Shown: positions 30,815 to 40,382 of the stretch, one piece after another
Numbering within the stretch: position 1 is the stretch's first letter
How the letters are laid out: the number at the start of each line of letters is the position of its first letter
Assembly (NCBI GenBank): GCA_041483195.1
Contig: JBGPFC010000003.1
Span: 141,497-205,496 of the forward strand
Direction of reading: 5' to 3'
DNA: 64,000 nt
From: Candidatus Eiseniibacteriota bacterium
Lineage (GTDB): Bacteria > Eisenbacteria > RBG-16-71-46
Position numbers and translations under genes: made by a program
Notes under the pieces: generated by a model
What the model saw: the letters and a program-made list of their open reading frames with translations, nothing else
Databases searched by the model: none
What the model was told of the DNA's origin: nothing

Positions 30815-32194
30815 CTAGCCCAACTCTCCGCGCGCCACCACCGCGCGCTCGATCACGCGGCCGCGCGGCTCCCCAACGACCCGCCCGGCTTCGTAGGCCA
30901 GCTCGCCGCGCAGGTAGGTGCGCTCGACGCGGCCGGTCAGCTGGCGTCCGGCCCATGCTGTGATCGGGTGGCGCTGGTGGAGCCGCTCCGCTTCGACCCT
31001 CCACTCCCCCTCCGCGTCCCACGCGATCAGGTCGGCGTCCTGCCCGACCGCGATCGCGCCCTTCACGCCGTCGAGCCCCGCGAGCCGCGCCGGGCGCGCG
31101 CTCAGCCAGCGCGCGAGATCGCACGGGGTGAAGCCGCGCACGCGGGCCCAGGTCCAGAGCGCCGCGAGCCCGATCTCGAGCGATGCGATGCCGCCCCATG
31201 CCTCGAAGAAATCGCCGCCCTCCATGCGTTTCATCTCGGGCGGGCACGGCGAATGGTCGGACGCCACGAAGTCGATCACGCCTTCGCCGAGCGCGTCCCA
31301 CAGCGCGTCGCGATGCGCGCGCCCGCGGATCGGCGGCGCGCACTTGAAGAGCGTCGCGCCGTCCCCGATTTCCTCTGCGGCGAACGCGAGGTAGTGGGGG
31401 GAGGTCTCGACCGTGATCGGAAGCCCGCGCCGCTTGGCCTGGCGCAGCATCGGCAGCGCGCCCGCCGAGGCGAGGTGGACGATGTGGACGCGGCAGCGGG
31501 TCTCCTCGCACAGGCGCATCATCATCGCGATCGCCTCGTGCTCCGCCTCGCACGGGCGCGAGCCGAGCCAGGTCGCGTAACGCCGCGGATCCTGGGCCTG
31601 CACCAACGCGCGCACCGCCTCGATCGGCCCCGGCAGCTCGGCGTGCACCAGCAGCGGCAGGCCGAGCCGCTCGATCGCGGGCATCGCGGCGCGCAGCTCC
31701 GGCTCGCCGACGCTGGGAAATTCGTCGACGCCGGACGGGACGAGGAAGCACTTGAACCCGCGCACGCCGGCCGCGGCGAGCGACCCCAGCTCGCCAGCGT
31801 TGCCCGGCACCACGCCGCCCCAGAAACCGACGTCCACCGCGCAGTTTCCGGCGGTCGCGTCGCGCTTCGCGCGCAACGCCGCCTCGTTCACGGTCGCCGG
31901 CACGCTGTTGAGCGGCATGTCCACCAGCGTCGTGATTCCGCCCGCCGCGGCGGCGCGCGTCGCGCAACGGAAGCCCTCCCACTCCACGCGCCCCGGTTCG
32001 TCGACGTGCACGTGCGTGTCCACCAGGCCGGGCAGCAGGTGGAGTTCGCCCAGGTCCTCCGCGCCGCGCGCCGCCGGATCGCTCGCGGGCAGCAGCGCCG
32101 CGATGCGCCCGCCGCGCGCGACCACCACCAGGTCCTCGATGCCGCGCGGGGTCACGGTGCGCCGCGAGCGCAGGAGCAGATCGCCGGTCGTCAT
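30815..32194 (-). CDS. allB: Allantoinase
   Basis: PGLVDTHVHVDEPGR.EWEGF, GFKCFLVPSGVDEF, HAE, HIVHL, SDHSPC. Confidence 0.95.
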   Translation of the reverse strand: MTTGDLLLRSRRTVTPRGIEDLVVVARGGRIAALLPASDPAARGAEDLGELHLLPGLVDTHVHVDEPGRVEWEGFRCATRAAAAGGITTLVDMPLNSVPATVNEAALRAKRDATAGNCAVDVGFWGGVVPGNAGELGSLAAAGVRGFKCFLVPSGVDEFPSVGEPELRAAMPAIERLGLPLLVHAELPGPIEAVRALVQAQDPRRYATWLGSRPCEAEHEAIAMMMRLCEETRCRVHIVHLASAGALPMLRQAKRRGLPITVETSPHYLAFAAEEIGDGATLFKCAPPIRGRAHRDALWDALGEGVIDFVASDHSPCPPEMKRMEGGDFFEAWGGIASLEIGLAALWTWARVRGFTPCDLARWLSARPARLAGLDGVKGAIAVGQDADLIAWDAEGEWRVEAERLHQRHPITAWAGRQLTGRVERTYLRGELAYEAGRVVGEPRGRVIERAVVARGELG

Positions 32195-32201
32195 GGCGTG
32201 C

Positions 32202-32207
32202 AGGATA
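32202..32207 (-). promoter_or_regulatory. Putative -10 element (TATCCT) of a leaderless allB transcript
   Basis: TAnnnT 7 nt upstream of the ATG; no Shine-Dalgarno sequence. Confidence 0.45.
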
Positions 32208-32385
32208 GGGCGCGCGCTCGTGAGATGCACGGCGCACCCTGCGAATTATCTTGCACGGCCCGCGAATCACCAATGTTTCCGCGGCGGACGCGGATGGAAC
32301 GCGGGTTGCACTCTTGCGAGGAGTGCATCGTGACGCTCGCGTCCCCGGCGCGGCGATCACACGGACCTTGGACTCGGAGGTGGCC

Positions 32386-32943
32386 GTGACCGCAGCGCTC
32401 TGGCTCGCGTCCTCGTTGATCGCACTCAGCTCTCCCGCGCCGTTCGCCTCCGTCACGCCGTCGTCCGCGCCCGGCCCCGATGTGATCGCCGGCGCGCCGG
32501 CCCCCGACTTCGCCTACCGGTCGACCGAGCAGCGCTGGACCCGGCTCGATGACGCGCTCGCGGGCGGCGACGTGTTGCTGGTGATCGGCGCGGGCGAGCC
32601 GCAGATCGTTCAGCTCCAGCGCGAGCGCGCGGCGCTGATCGCGCACGGCGTGATTCCGATCGCGGTGATCGACATGAAGGACAGTCCCGCCTGGTCGCTC
32701 GCGCAGCGACTGGGCGTCACGTTCAGCCTGCTCTCGGATCCGCGCCACGACATCGCGAGCGCCTATCGCGTCGCGGAGTCGGCCGATGGCCGGCCCGGCC
32801 AGGCGTGGTTCGCGATCGATCGCGACGGCCGCGTGCGCGCCTGTGGGCGCCGGCTCGATGGCATCCCCAGCTTCAACGATCTCGCCTGCGCCTCCTTCGG
32901 GACCGGCGTGACGATCGGCGCGATCTCAGACGCCACGCAGTAA
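32386..32943 (+). CDS. Exported redoxin/AhpC-TSA-like protein lacking the redox Cys
   Basis: GGAGG then GTG; signal peptide; GAPAPDF...LLSDP..IASAY..IDRDGRVR fold motifs; no CxxC or TxxC. Confidence 0.65.
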   Translation: MTAALWLASSLIALSSPAPFASVTPSSAPGPDVIAGAPAPDFAYRSTEQRWTRLDDALAGGDVLLVIGAGEPQIVQLQRERAALIAHGVIPIAVIDMKDSPAWSLAQRLGVTFSLLSDPRHDIASAYRVAESADGRPGQAWFAIDRDGRVRACGRRLDGIPSFNDLACASFGTGVTIGAISDATQ

Positions 32944-33185
32944 GGAGTTCGCACTCTCAACTCGCGGGCGCGCTCGAGGGAACGCGCCCGCGATCTTGTT
33001 GCCCGGCCGGCCCCTGTATCGCCATGCGGAAAGTTCTTTCCCATAGCGGCCGCCCGTGCCAGACTTCCGGCCGGCCGCCCGCGCCCCTGAAAACCCCGGG
33101 GCCGCCTGCATTCGCACCGCGCCTGATCGCGCGTGCGGCCACCGTCCACGAAGCAGCGCTCACTCGTTTCGAACGAGGTCGCGCC

Positions 33186-35684
33186 ATGGCCGAAGCGATC
33201 ACGAACTCCCAGTCCTTCGGAGCCGCGCCGCAGCCTCCCGCACGCACGGCGGCCGATGTCCGCATCGGGCTCGCGTTCTCGGGCGGAGGCTTCCGCGCCT
33301 CGCTCTTCCACCTCGGAACGCTCACGCGGCTCGCCGAGCTGGACCTGCTGCGCCACGTGAGCGTGCTCTCGACCGTCTCGGGCGGCTCGGTGATCGCCGC
33401 GCACTACATGCTGTATCTCAAGCAGGCGCTCGACGGGCACGCCTCGGGCACGCTGACCCGGGACGAATACATCGCGCTGGTGAAGCGGCTCCAGGACGAC
33501 TTCACGGGCGGTATGCGAAACGGGCTGCGCAATCGCATGCTCGTAAACCCGCTGAAGAACTTCCGCATGCTCTATGGGCTGATCTCCCGCACCGGGTGGA
33601 GGGCGGGACTCTATCGGGTGACGCTTCTGCGCTGGACGTTCGGCGTGATGTCGCTCACCGAGCGGATGGTGGACCTCTACCAGCGCTTTCTGTTCCGCTC
33701 CATCACCGAGTCCATCCTGAGAGCGCGGCTTCCGCGCGAGTACGAAGGCATCCCGCTCCACCGCATGAAAGTGCTCCCGGTAAAGTTGATCGGAACCGCG
33801 GACATCGAGCAATACAATCGAGAGCGCGCAACGGATCGCATCCCTCGGCTGGTGCTGAATTCCGCGTGCCTCAACACCGGACGCAAGTTCCTCTTCACGT
33901 TCGTCGAGGTCGGCGATCACGACCTCGGGTTCCTGCGCTACGACGAGCGCTGGCTGGTCCTGAGCTACAAGCGCCTGCTGGAGCTGGCGACCGATGCCGC
34001 GTGGTCGGGGACGACCAAACCCGGGCAGTGGCTAAGCGAGCAATACAAGGAGATCCACGATTCGCTGAGCAAGAGAGTCGCGAGCGCGAAGAGCCGGCGA
34101 GGCGCTCCCGATCCGCGCGACTCCGACGCGCACGAGAACACGAAGTTCCCAGGGCTCACCCCGGCGCATCTGGTGTGGTGGATCGCGATCGAGGCGCTCG
34201 AAGCCGCCGCGCTGCGCAAACCCTCCGCGCTCGAGGACGACCTGCCGGACCTCGCGGGCGAAGCGTTCAAGCGTTTGCCGCTGGCCGCCGCGCGCGAGCT
34301 CTCGGAGGCGGTGGATCGCATCTGCGAGCCGTGGGGCGACGCCCTGACGCTGGCGCGTGCGCCGTTCGGAGTCCTGCGTCGCGCGAAGATCGCGGCGTGG
34401 TATCTCCTCGACGACGGCGGATGGCGGGACAAGGATGGGCGTCCGATCGATCGCCGCGACGACTACAAGCACGAGGAGCACCGCGAGCGCTTCTGGCGCG
34501 CGATCGGCGACATCGACCCGGGCCTCTTGCTGAGACTCCGTGGGAAGGTCCGCGGCCTGGATTACGAGCGGCTGGTCTACGCGCTGGTCCTCGACCTCTA
34601 CTACTTCCGGAGCGCGAGGGTGTTCAGCTGGAGCGCCGGGGAAGTCCTCGAGCGCCTCACGATCACCATGGGCGCGGCGGCCTCCGCCAATTTCCCTCCG
34701 GTGTTCGCCCCGTATCGAATCCACGGGCTCTACGAGCCCAAGCTGGTGAAAAACGTCGCGCTCAGCGACGGCGGCCTCAACGACAACCAGGGGATCGAGA
34801 CGCTGATGGAGGAGGAGTGCACGCACGTCATCGCGAGCGACGCCGGGGAGCCGCGCCAGCCCGAGCGGAGCATCGCCTTGAACCGCGCGGGGATGCTGGC
34901 GCAGATCCTGGTGAACTCGCTCACCATCGTGCAGAACATCCAGTTGCGCGCGCTGCGCGAGAGCCAGCGCGTCACGTCCACCGTGATCAAGACGGACCGG
35001 CTGGCGCTCACCGCCGCGCAGCGGGAAGCGCTTGGGCCGCTGCGCGAGCGATACTCGCTCGAGTCGGAGGCGTTCTTCCAACTCGGATCGAACACCAGCG
35101 AGGGTCTGCCTGCGGCGACTCAACCACCGCCGCCTCCGGCTCACCCGCTCGCAGATCTGATCGCGCCCACCCGGACCGATCTCGACGCATTCGGCGAGAT
35201 CGAATGCGACGCGCTCGTCTATCAGGGCTATCAGCTCTGCGACCGTTTCGTGCGCCGCTACGTGCTTCTGCCAGATCTGATCGCGAGGCTCGAGCCGAGG
35301 CCCGCGGTCGTCCCGGCCGCATTGAATGTTCCCTATCCCGGCGAGGACGCCGAGCGATGGCGTCATGCGCGCGTGCTCAAGGCTGCGCACAGTATTGCGT
35401 TCCGAGCGCTGGCGATTCGTTGGTTCCGGGGCGAAGAGAAGAAGCGGCTCTGGGCGATCCCGCTTCTGGTCGTCGTGCTCTTCACGGCGCCCGCGTGGTG
35501 GCAGGTCGCGATATTCCGCTGGCACCACACCCTCCCGCCGATCCAAGGTCATCTTCTCGAGTATGCCCTCCTGATTGGCAAGGGTCTCCTGCTGTTGATT
35601 GCGAGCTCGATCCTCGCCCTGACCGGGTTCGGCCTCTGGATGCGCATCGACGGGATCCTCGCGTGGAGGGCGGCGAAGCGCTGA
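33186..35684 (+). CDS. Patatin-like phospholipase with C-terminal TM helices
   Basis: LAFSGGGFRASLFHLG, STVSGGS, ASANFPPVF, LSDGG..DNQG, RTDLDAF. Confidence 0.88.
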   Translation: MAEAITNSQSFGAAPQPPARTAADVRIGLAFSGGGFRASLFHLGTLTRLAELDLLRHVSVLSTVSGGSVIAAHYMLYLKQALDGHASGTLTRDEYIALVKRLQDDFTGGMRNGLRNRMLVNPLKNFRMLYGLISRTGWRAGLYRVTLLRWTFGVMSLTERMVDLYQRFLFRSITESILRARLPREYEGIPLHRMKVLPVKLIGTADIEQYNRERATDRIPRLVLNSACLNTGRKFLFTFVEVGDHDLGFLRYDERWLVLSYKRLLELATDAAWSGTTKPGQWLSEQYKEIHDSLSKRVASAKSRRGAPDPRDSDAHENTKFPGLTPAHLVWWIAIEALEAAALRKPSALEDDLPDLAGEAFKRLPLAAARELSEAVDRICEPWGDALTLARAPFGVLRRAKIAAWYLLDDGGWRDKDGRPIDRRDDYKHEEHRERFWRAIGDIDPGLLLRLRGKVRGLDYERLVYALVLDLYYFRSARVFSWSAGEVLERLTITMGAAASANFPPVFAPYRIHGLYEPKLVKNVALSDGGLNDNQGIETLMEEECTHVIASDAGEPRQPERSIALNRAGMLAQILVNSLTIVQNIQLRALRESQRVTSTVIKTDRLALTAAQREALGPLRERYSLESEAFFQLGSNTSEGLPAATQPPPPPAHPLADLIAPTRTDLDAFGEIECDALVYQGYQLCDRFVRRYVLLPDLIARLEPRPAVVPAALNVPYPGEDAERWRHARVLKAAHSIAFRALAIRWFRGEEKKRLWAIPLLVVVLFTAPAWWQVAIFRWHHTLPPIQGHLLEYALLIGKGLLLLIASSILALTGFGLWMRIDGILAWRAAKR

Positions 35685-35696
35685 GCGCGACCGCGC

Positions 35697-35705
35697 TGCT
35701 ATACT
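35697..35705 (+). promoter_or_regulatory. Extended -10 promoter (TGcTATACT) for the opp operon
   Basis: TGn-TATACT 8 nt before ATG 35714; no SD sequence. Confidence 0.55.
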
Positions 35706-35713
35706 GCGAGTCC

Positions 35714-37447
35714 ATGATTCGCGCCCGTTCGCTCGCGCTCGCCGCCGCCCTCGCGCTGCCGCTCGGCGCGTGCGCTCCCGCCTCGCCGCCGATCGCGCGC
35801 ACGGCATCGAGCGCTGCGCGCTACTTCGGCGACGTGACGCCGCCCACCGACAACGTGCTGCGCTTCAACCTGGGCGCGGAGCCCGAGACCTACGATCCCG
35901 GGCTCGCGGTGGGCCAGCCTGACGGGCGCGTCGCGCGCATCCTGTTCGAGGGGCTCACGCGCGAGGACCCGAAGACGCTCGCGCCGCTTCCGGGGCAGGC
36001 CTATCGCTGGGACATCAGCGCGGACCGTCTCACCTACACGTTCCACCTGCGGCCCGGCATCGCGTGGAGCGACGGCACGCCGGTCACCGCGCGCGACTTT
36101 CGCTGGTCGTGGCTGCGCGTGCTGCGGCCCGAGAACGCCGCGCGCTACGCGAGCATGCTCTACCCGGTCGAGAACGCGGAGGGCTACAGCAAGGGCACGA
36201 TCGCCGACGAGAACCGCGTCGCGATCGCGGCGCCCGACGACAGCACGCTGATCGTGAAGCTGGCGCAGCCCACCCCGTACTTCCTCTACCTCACCCAGTT
36301 CTACACCTGCCTCCCGGTGCCGAGGCCTGCGATCGAGCGCTACGGCAACCGCTGGACGCGGCCCGAGAACATCGTGTGCAACGGCGCGTTCCTGCTCAAG
36401 TACTGGCGCCAGAACGACCGTTTCGAGTTCGTGAAGAACCCGCGCTACTGGGACGCCGCGAACGTGCGGCTCGACGGGCTCACGGCCTACACCGTCGAGG
36501 ACCTCAACACCTCGGTGAACCTGTACAAATCCGGCGTGTTCGACTGGTGCCCGAGCGGATACATGCCCTCGGCGTTCATTCCCTACCTGCGCGAGTACGC
36601 GGATTTTCGCCACGGCAACTACCAGGGCGTTTACTTCTACACGATCAACGTCACGCGCAAGCCGTACGACAACGTCTGGGTGAGGCGCGCGCTCAACGCT
36701 GCGGTGGACCGCGACGCGATCGCGAACGATCTGCTCAAGCACAGCCGCGAGCCGTGGGGTAACGCCGCGCCGACCGGTTATCCCGGCTACGAGCACCCCG
36801 CCGGCCTTCGCTACGACCCCGACCTCGCCCGCGCGGATCTCGCGCGCGCGGGCTTCCCGGGCGGCAGGGGATTTCCGAAGCTCGCGATCCTGATCAACAC
36901 CAGCGAGGATCACCGCCGCATCGCCGAGGCCATCCAGGAGATGTGGAAGCGCGTGCTCTCGATCGAAGTCGAGATCTCGAACCAGGAATGGGGCTCATAT
37001 CTGCAAGCCACCACCGCGCTCCAGTACGACGTCGCGCGGCGCTCGTGGATCGGCGACTACCTCGATCCCAACACCTTCCTCGGCATGTACATGACCGGCG
37101 ACGGCAACAACCGCACCGGCTGGAGCCATCCGCGCTATGACGGCATGCTGCGCGCCGCCGCGCGCGAGGTGAACCCGGCGAAGCGCATGGCGATCCTGCG
37201 CGACGCCGAGGCGCTGCTGCTGAGCGAGGGGCCGGAGATCCCGATCTACCATTACTCCACCAACGAGCTGGTGAAGCCCTACGTGCGCGGCATCTACCAG
37301 ACCGCGCTCGACATCCACCCGCTCACCTACGTGTGGATCGATCGCGACTGGCGGCGACACGCGCCCGAATCGCCGTTCGCCGACGCGGCGCCCGCGCGCC
37401 CCGCCTCCGCGATCGCACGCGCGGCATCGGCTCCCGGCGCGCGCTGA
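35714..37447 (+). CDS. oppA: Oligopeptide ABC transporter substrate-binding lipoprotein
   Basis: Lipobox LGAC; EPETYDP, LFEGL, YTFHLR...WSDGTPVTARDF, WIGDYLDP. Confidence 0.93.
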   Translation: MIRARSLALAAALALPLGACAPASPPIARTASSAARYFGDVTPPTDNVLRFNLGAEPETYDPGLAVGQPDGRVARILFEGLTREDPKTLAPLPGQAYRWDISADRLTYTFHLRPGIAWSDGTPVTARDFRWSWLRVLRPENAARYASMLYPVENAEGYSKGTIADENRVAIAAPDDSTLIVKLAQPTPYFLYLTQFYTCLPVPRPAIERYGNRWTRPENIVCNGAFLLKYWRQNDRFEFVKNPRYWDAANVRLDGLTAYTVEDLNTSVNLYKSGVFDWCPSGYMPSAFIPYLREYADFRHGNYQGVYFYTINVTRKPYDNVWVRRALNAAVDRDAIANDLLKHSREPWGNAAPTGYPGYEHPAGLRYDPDLARADLARAGFPGGRGFPKLAILINTSEDHRRIAEAIQEMWKRVLSIEVEISNQEWGSYLQATTALQYDVARRSWIGDYLDPNTFLGMYMTGDGNNRTGWSHPRYDGMLRAAAREVNPAKRMAILRDAEALLLSEGPEIPIYHYSTNELVKPYVRGIYQTALDIHPLTYVWIDRDWRRHAPESPFADAAPARPASAIARAASAPGAR

Positions 37448-37450
37448 TCC

Positions 37451-38368
37451 GTGCTCAGCTTCGTCGTCCGGCGCGCGCTGCTCATGATCCCCACGCTGTG
37501 GGCGATCGCGACCGTCGCGTTCTTCCTGATGCACGCGGCGCCCGGCGGGCCGTTCCAGGCCGAGAAGGCGATCCCGGTCGCCGTGAAGGCGCAGCTCATG
37601 CACAAGTACGGGCTCGATCAGCCGCTGCGCGTGCAGTACGTGCGGTTCCTCTCGAACACCGCGCGGCTCGACTTCGGCCCCTCGTACAAGTTTCCGTCGC
37701 GCCAGGTGCGCGAGATCATCGCGGAAGCGCTGCCGGTCTCGGCCGAGCTCGCCGGCTGGGCGCTGCTGCTCGCGATCCTGATCGGCGTGCCGGTCGGCAT
37801 CTTCGCCGCGGTGCGGCAGAACTCGCTCGCTGACTTCGCGTCGATGGCGGGCGCGCTCGCGGGCGTCTCGATCCCCAACTTCGTGCTGGGGCCGGTGCTG
37901 GTGCTCGGCCTCTCGCTCTCGCTCTACGTGCTGCCGCCCGCGCTGTGGCAGAGCCCGGCGAGCCGCGTGCTCCCGGTGGTTACGCTCGCCACGGCCTACG
38001 TCGCCTACATTGCGCGCCTCACGCGCGCCGGGATGCTCGAGGTACTGCGCCAGGACTTCATCCGCACCGCGCGCGCCAAGGGGCTGACGGAGCGGGCCGT
38101 CGTCTACAAGCACGCGCTCAAGCTCGGCATCCTGCCGGTCGTGTCGTTCATCGGCCCCGCCACCGCGCGCATCATGATGGGCTCGATCGTGGTGGAGAGC
38201 ATCTTCGCGGTGCCCGGGCTCGGGCGCTACCTGGTGAACGCGGCGTTCAACCGTGACTACACGCTGGTGATGGGCGAGGTGCTGTTCTACGCGGCGCTGC
38301 TCATGTCGCTCAACCTGATCGTAGACGTCGCCTACACGTTCCTCGATCCGCGCGTGGAGCTGGCGTGA
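37451..38368 (+). CDS. oppB: Oligopeptide ABC permease
   Basis: APGGPF, YGLDQPL, DFIRTARAKGL, VESIFAVPGLG, NRDY. Confidence 0.95.
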   Translation: MLSFVVRRALLMIPTLWAIATVAFFLMHAAPGGPFQAEKAIPVAVKAQLMHKYGLDQPLRVQYVRFLSNTARLDFGPSYKFPSRQVREIIAEALPVSAELAGWALLLAILIGVPVGIFAAVRQNSLADFASMAGALAGVSIPNFVLGPVLVLGLSLSLYVLPPALWQSPASRVLPVVTLATAYVAYIARLTRAGMLEVLRQDFIRTARAKGLTERAVVYKHALKLGILPVVSFIGPATARIMMGSIVVESIFAVPGLGRYLVNAAFNRDYTLVMGEVLFYAALLMSLNLIVDVAYTFLDPRVELA

Positions 38369-39279
38369 GCATCGGAATCGCGCCACCCGCTTACATCGGC
38401 GCGCCCGCGATCGAGAGCCCGCCGGCTAAGAGCCTGTGGAGCGACGCGTGGCGGCGGCTACGCCGCAATCGCGCCGCGGTCGCCTCCGCAGCTTTCCTCG
38501 CGTGGATCAGCTTCACGGCGGTGGCCGCCCCGGTGCTGCCCGGGCTCCAGGACCCGACCTCGCAGGATCTCAAGCTGGGCGCGGTCGCGCCATCGATCGC
38601 GCACTGGTTTGGCACCGACGAGCTGGGCCGCGACACCTTCGCGCGCGTGATCTACGGCGGCCGCATCTCGCTGCTGGTCGGGCTGGTGGGTACGTTCGTG
38701 AGCCTGCTAATCGGCGTGAGCTGGGGCGCGGTGGCCGGCTATCGCGGCGGGCGGCTAGACGACTTCATGATGCGGATCGTGGACATCCTCTACTCGCTCC
38801 CCTACATCTTCCTCGTCATCCTGCTGCTGGTGTTCTTCAGCCGCAGCCTGATCATGCTGTTCGTGGCGCTCGGGCTGGTGCAGTGGCTCACCATGGCGCG
38901 CATCGTGCGCGGGCAGGTGCTCTCGCTCAAGCAGCAGACGTTCGTCGAGGCGGCGCGCGCGCTGGGCGCCGGCGATCGGAGCATCATCTTCCGCCACATC
39001 GTGCCCAACACGCTGGGGCCGGTGATCGTGTACACCACGCTCACCGTGCCGGCCGTGATCCTCCAGGAGGCGTTCCTCTCGTTCCTCGGGCTCGGCGTGC
39101 AGCCGCCCGCCGCCTCGTGGGGAACGCTGGTGTCGGACGGCGCGCGATTGCTGGCGCTATTTCCGTGGCTCGTGGTGTTTCCCGGGGTCGCGCTCTCGCT
39201 CACGCTGCTGTGCTTCAACTTCCTGGGCGACGGATTGCGCGACGCGCTCGACCCGCAGGACCGGGCGGACGTGGCGTAG
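38365..39279 (+). CDS. oppC: Oligopeptide ABC permease
   Basis: SLWSDAWRRLRRN, HWFGTDELGRD, FVEAARALGA, LSFLGLGVQPP. Confidence 0.95.
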   Translation: MSIGIAPPAYIGAPAIESPPAKSLWSDAWRRLRRNRAAVASAAFLAWISFTAVAAPVLPGLQDPTSQDLKLGAVAPSIAHWFGTDELGRDTFARVIYGGRISLLVGLVGTFVSLLIGVSWGAVAGYRGGRLDDFMMRIVDILYSLPYIFLVILLLVFFSRSLIMLFVALGLVQWLTMARIVRGQVLSLKQQTFVEAARALGAGDRSIIFRHIVPNTLGPVIVYTTLTVPAVILQEAFLSFLGLGVQPPAASWGTLVSDGARLLALFPWLVVFPGVALSLTLLCFNFLGDGLRDALDPQDRADVA

Positions 39280-40371
39280 AAGCGGACTGGAATCTCGAGC
39301 TGAACCAGCTTTCAAAGGGAAGGGCAGCAGCGAGTCCGGCGGGGCGCAGAACGTGAGCTGCCGGCCCCCCGGGGGACCGGCGGCCAGATCGCGCACGAAC
39401 AGCACGACCACAGAGTCGCGCGCGTCGAATGCGCGGTACGCGACGCGCCGTCCGTCCAGCGAAACGCGCAGCTCGGGATCATCCCCGGGCGCGTATGGGA
39501 ACGGATGCGTCGTCGTATCCCGGAATCCGAATACGAGCCATCGCGTCGGGCTCCAAGTTCGACGAACAGCAATGAGCAGTTCGGCTCCTCCGCGGGCACT
39601 CGCAGGCCACCACTGCAGGTCCCTGAGGTGGGTGGACACACCGTCCACTCCAGCCAGCAGGGTCCGCCGGGTACCGCTCGCCAGATCGAGCGCTGCGACC
39701 TCTTCCGGGCGCCGCTGCCAGTCCACGTAGACGATTGCGGAATCATCCCACGTCCACTGGGGATAGATTCCGTCGCTCACGCCACCGGTCCCGCGCAGAG
39801 GCCAGTCGGCACCGATCACCGTGTCGTGGATGTGAATGCCGCTGGATTCGGGTGGCTGGCTGTAGAATCGCGAGACGATGCTGTATGCGATGTACCGGCC
39901 GGAATGGGACCACTGAGGATACCCGAACCCGAGATCCGAATAGACCACCACGGACGTCAGGCCGGACCCCACATCGATCGTGGCAAGGCCGCGCCCGTAG
40001 GCCCCGACCAGAAGCCGGTCATCCGGCGAGAACGCCAGATGCCGCGGAAAGAAGAAGCTCGCGGGGGTGAGGAAGCGAGGACTTCCGCCTTCCGCAGAGA
40101 TCAGGTAGATCCCGGGCGGCCCGTCGCGGCTGACAACAACTCGTCGGAAGGCGATCGTCCTGCCGTCGTGGGACCATGCTTCCGGCCAGTCCGCGGGCAG
40201 GTATCGATAGGGCGAGGTCGAAGGCGGGCGAGGTTCGGGAACAACCTGAACCCTCGGCTGCGTGGGCTTCGCAGAACAGGAACACAGCCACGCCAGGCAG
40301 GTGACACCGAGCAGCGCTCCGTTCCCCGCCGCGCGGGCATGGGCCCAGCGCCTTCGTTGCATCAACGGCAT
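39157..40371 (-). CDS. TolB-like (PD40) lipoprotein
   Basis: Lipobox-like WLCSC; WSHDGRTIAF, FSPDDR, WSHSGRYIAY repeats. The 3' end overlaps oppC by ~120 nt, so the C-terminus is uncertain. Confidence 0.7.
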   Translation of the reverse strand: MPLMQRRRWAHARAAGNGALLGVTCLAWLCSCSAKPTQPRVQVVPEPRPPSTSPYRYLPADWPEAWSHDGRTIAFRRVVVSRDGPPGIYLISAEGGSPRFLTPASFFFPRHLAFSPDDRLLVGAYGRGLATIDVGSGLTSVVVYSDLGFGYPQWSHSGRYIAYSIVSRFYSQPPESSGIHIHDTVIGADWPLRGTGGVSDGIYPQWTWDDSAIVYVDWQRRPEEVAALDLASGTRRTLLAGVDGVSTHLRDLQWWPASARGGAELLIAVRRTWSPTRWLVFGFRDTTTHPFPYAPGDDPELRVSLDGRRVAYRAFDARDSVVVLFVRDLAAGPPGGRQLTFCAPPDSLLPFPLKAGSARDSSPLLRHVRPVLRVERVAQSVAQEVEAQQRERERDPGKHHEPRK

Positions 40372-40382
40372 GACTCGAGTTA

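Noticed and set aside
32386..32943. Selenocysteine redoxin
   Set aside because: No in-frame TGA at the active-site position.
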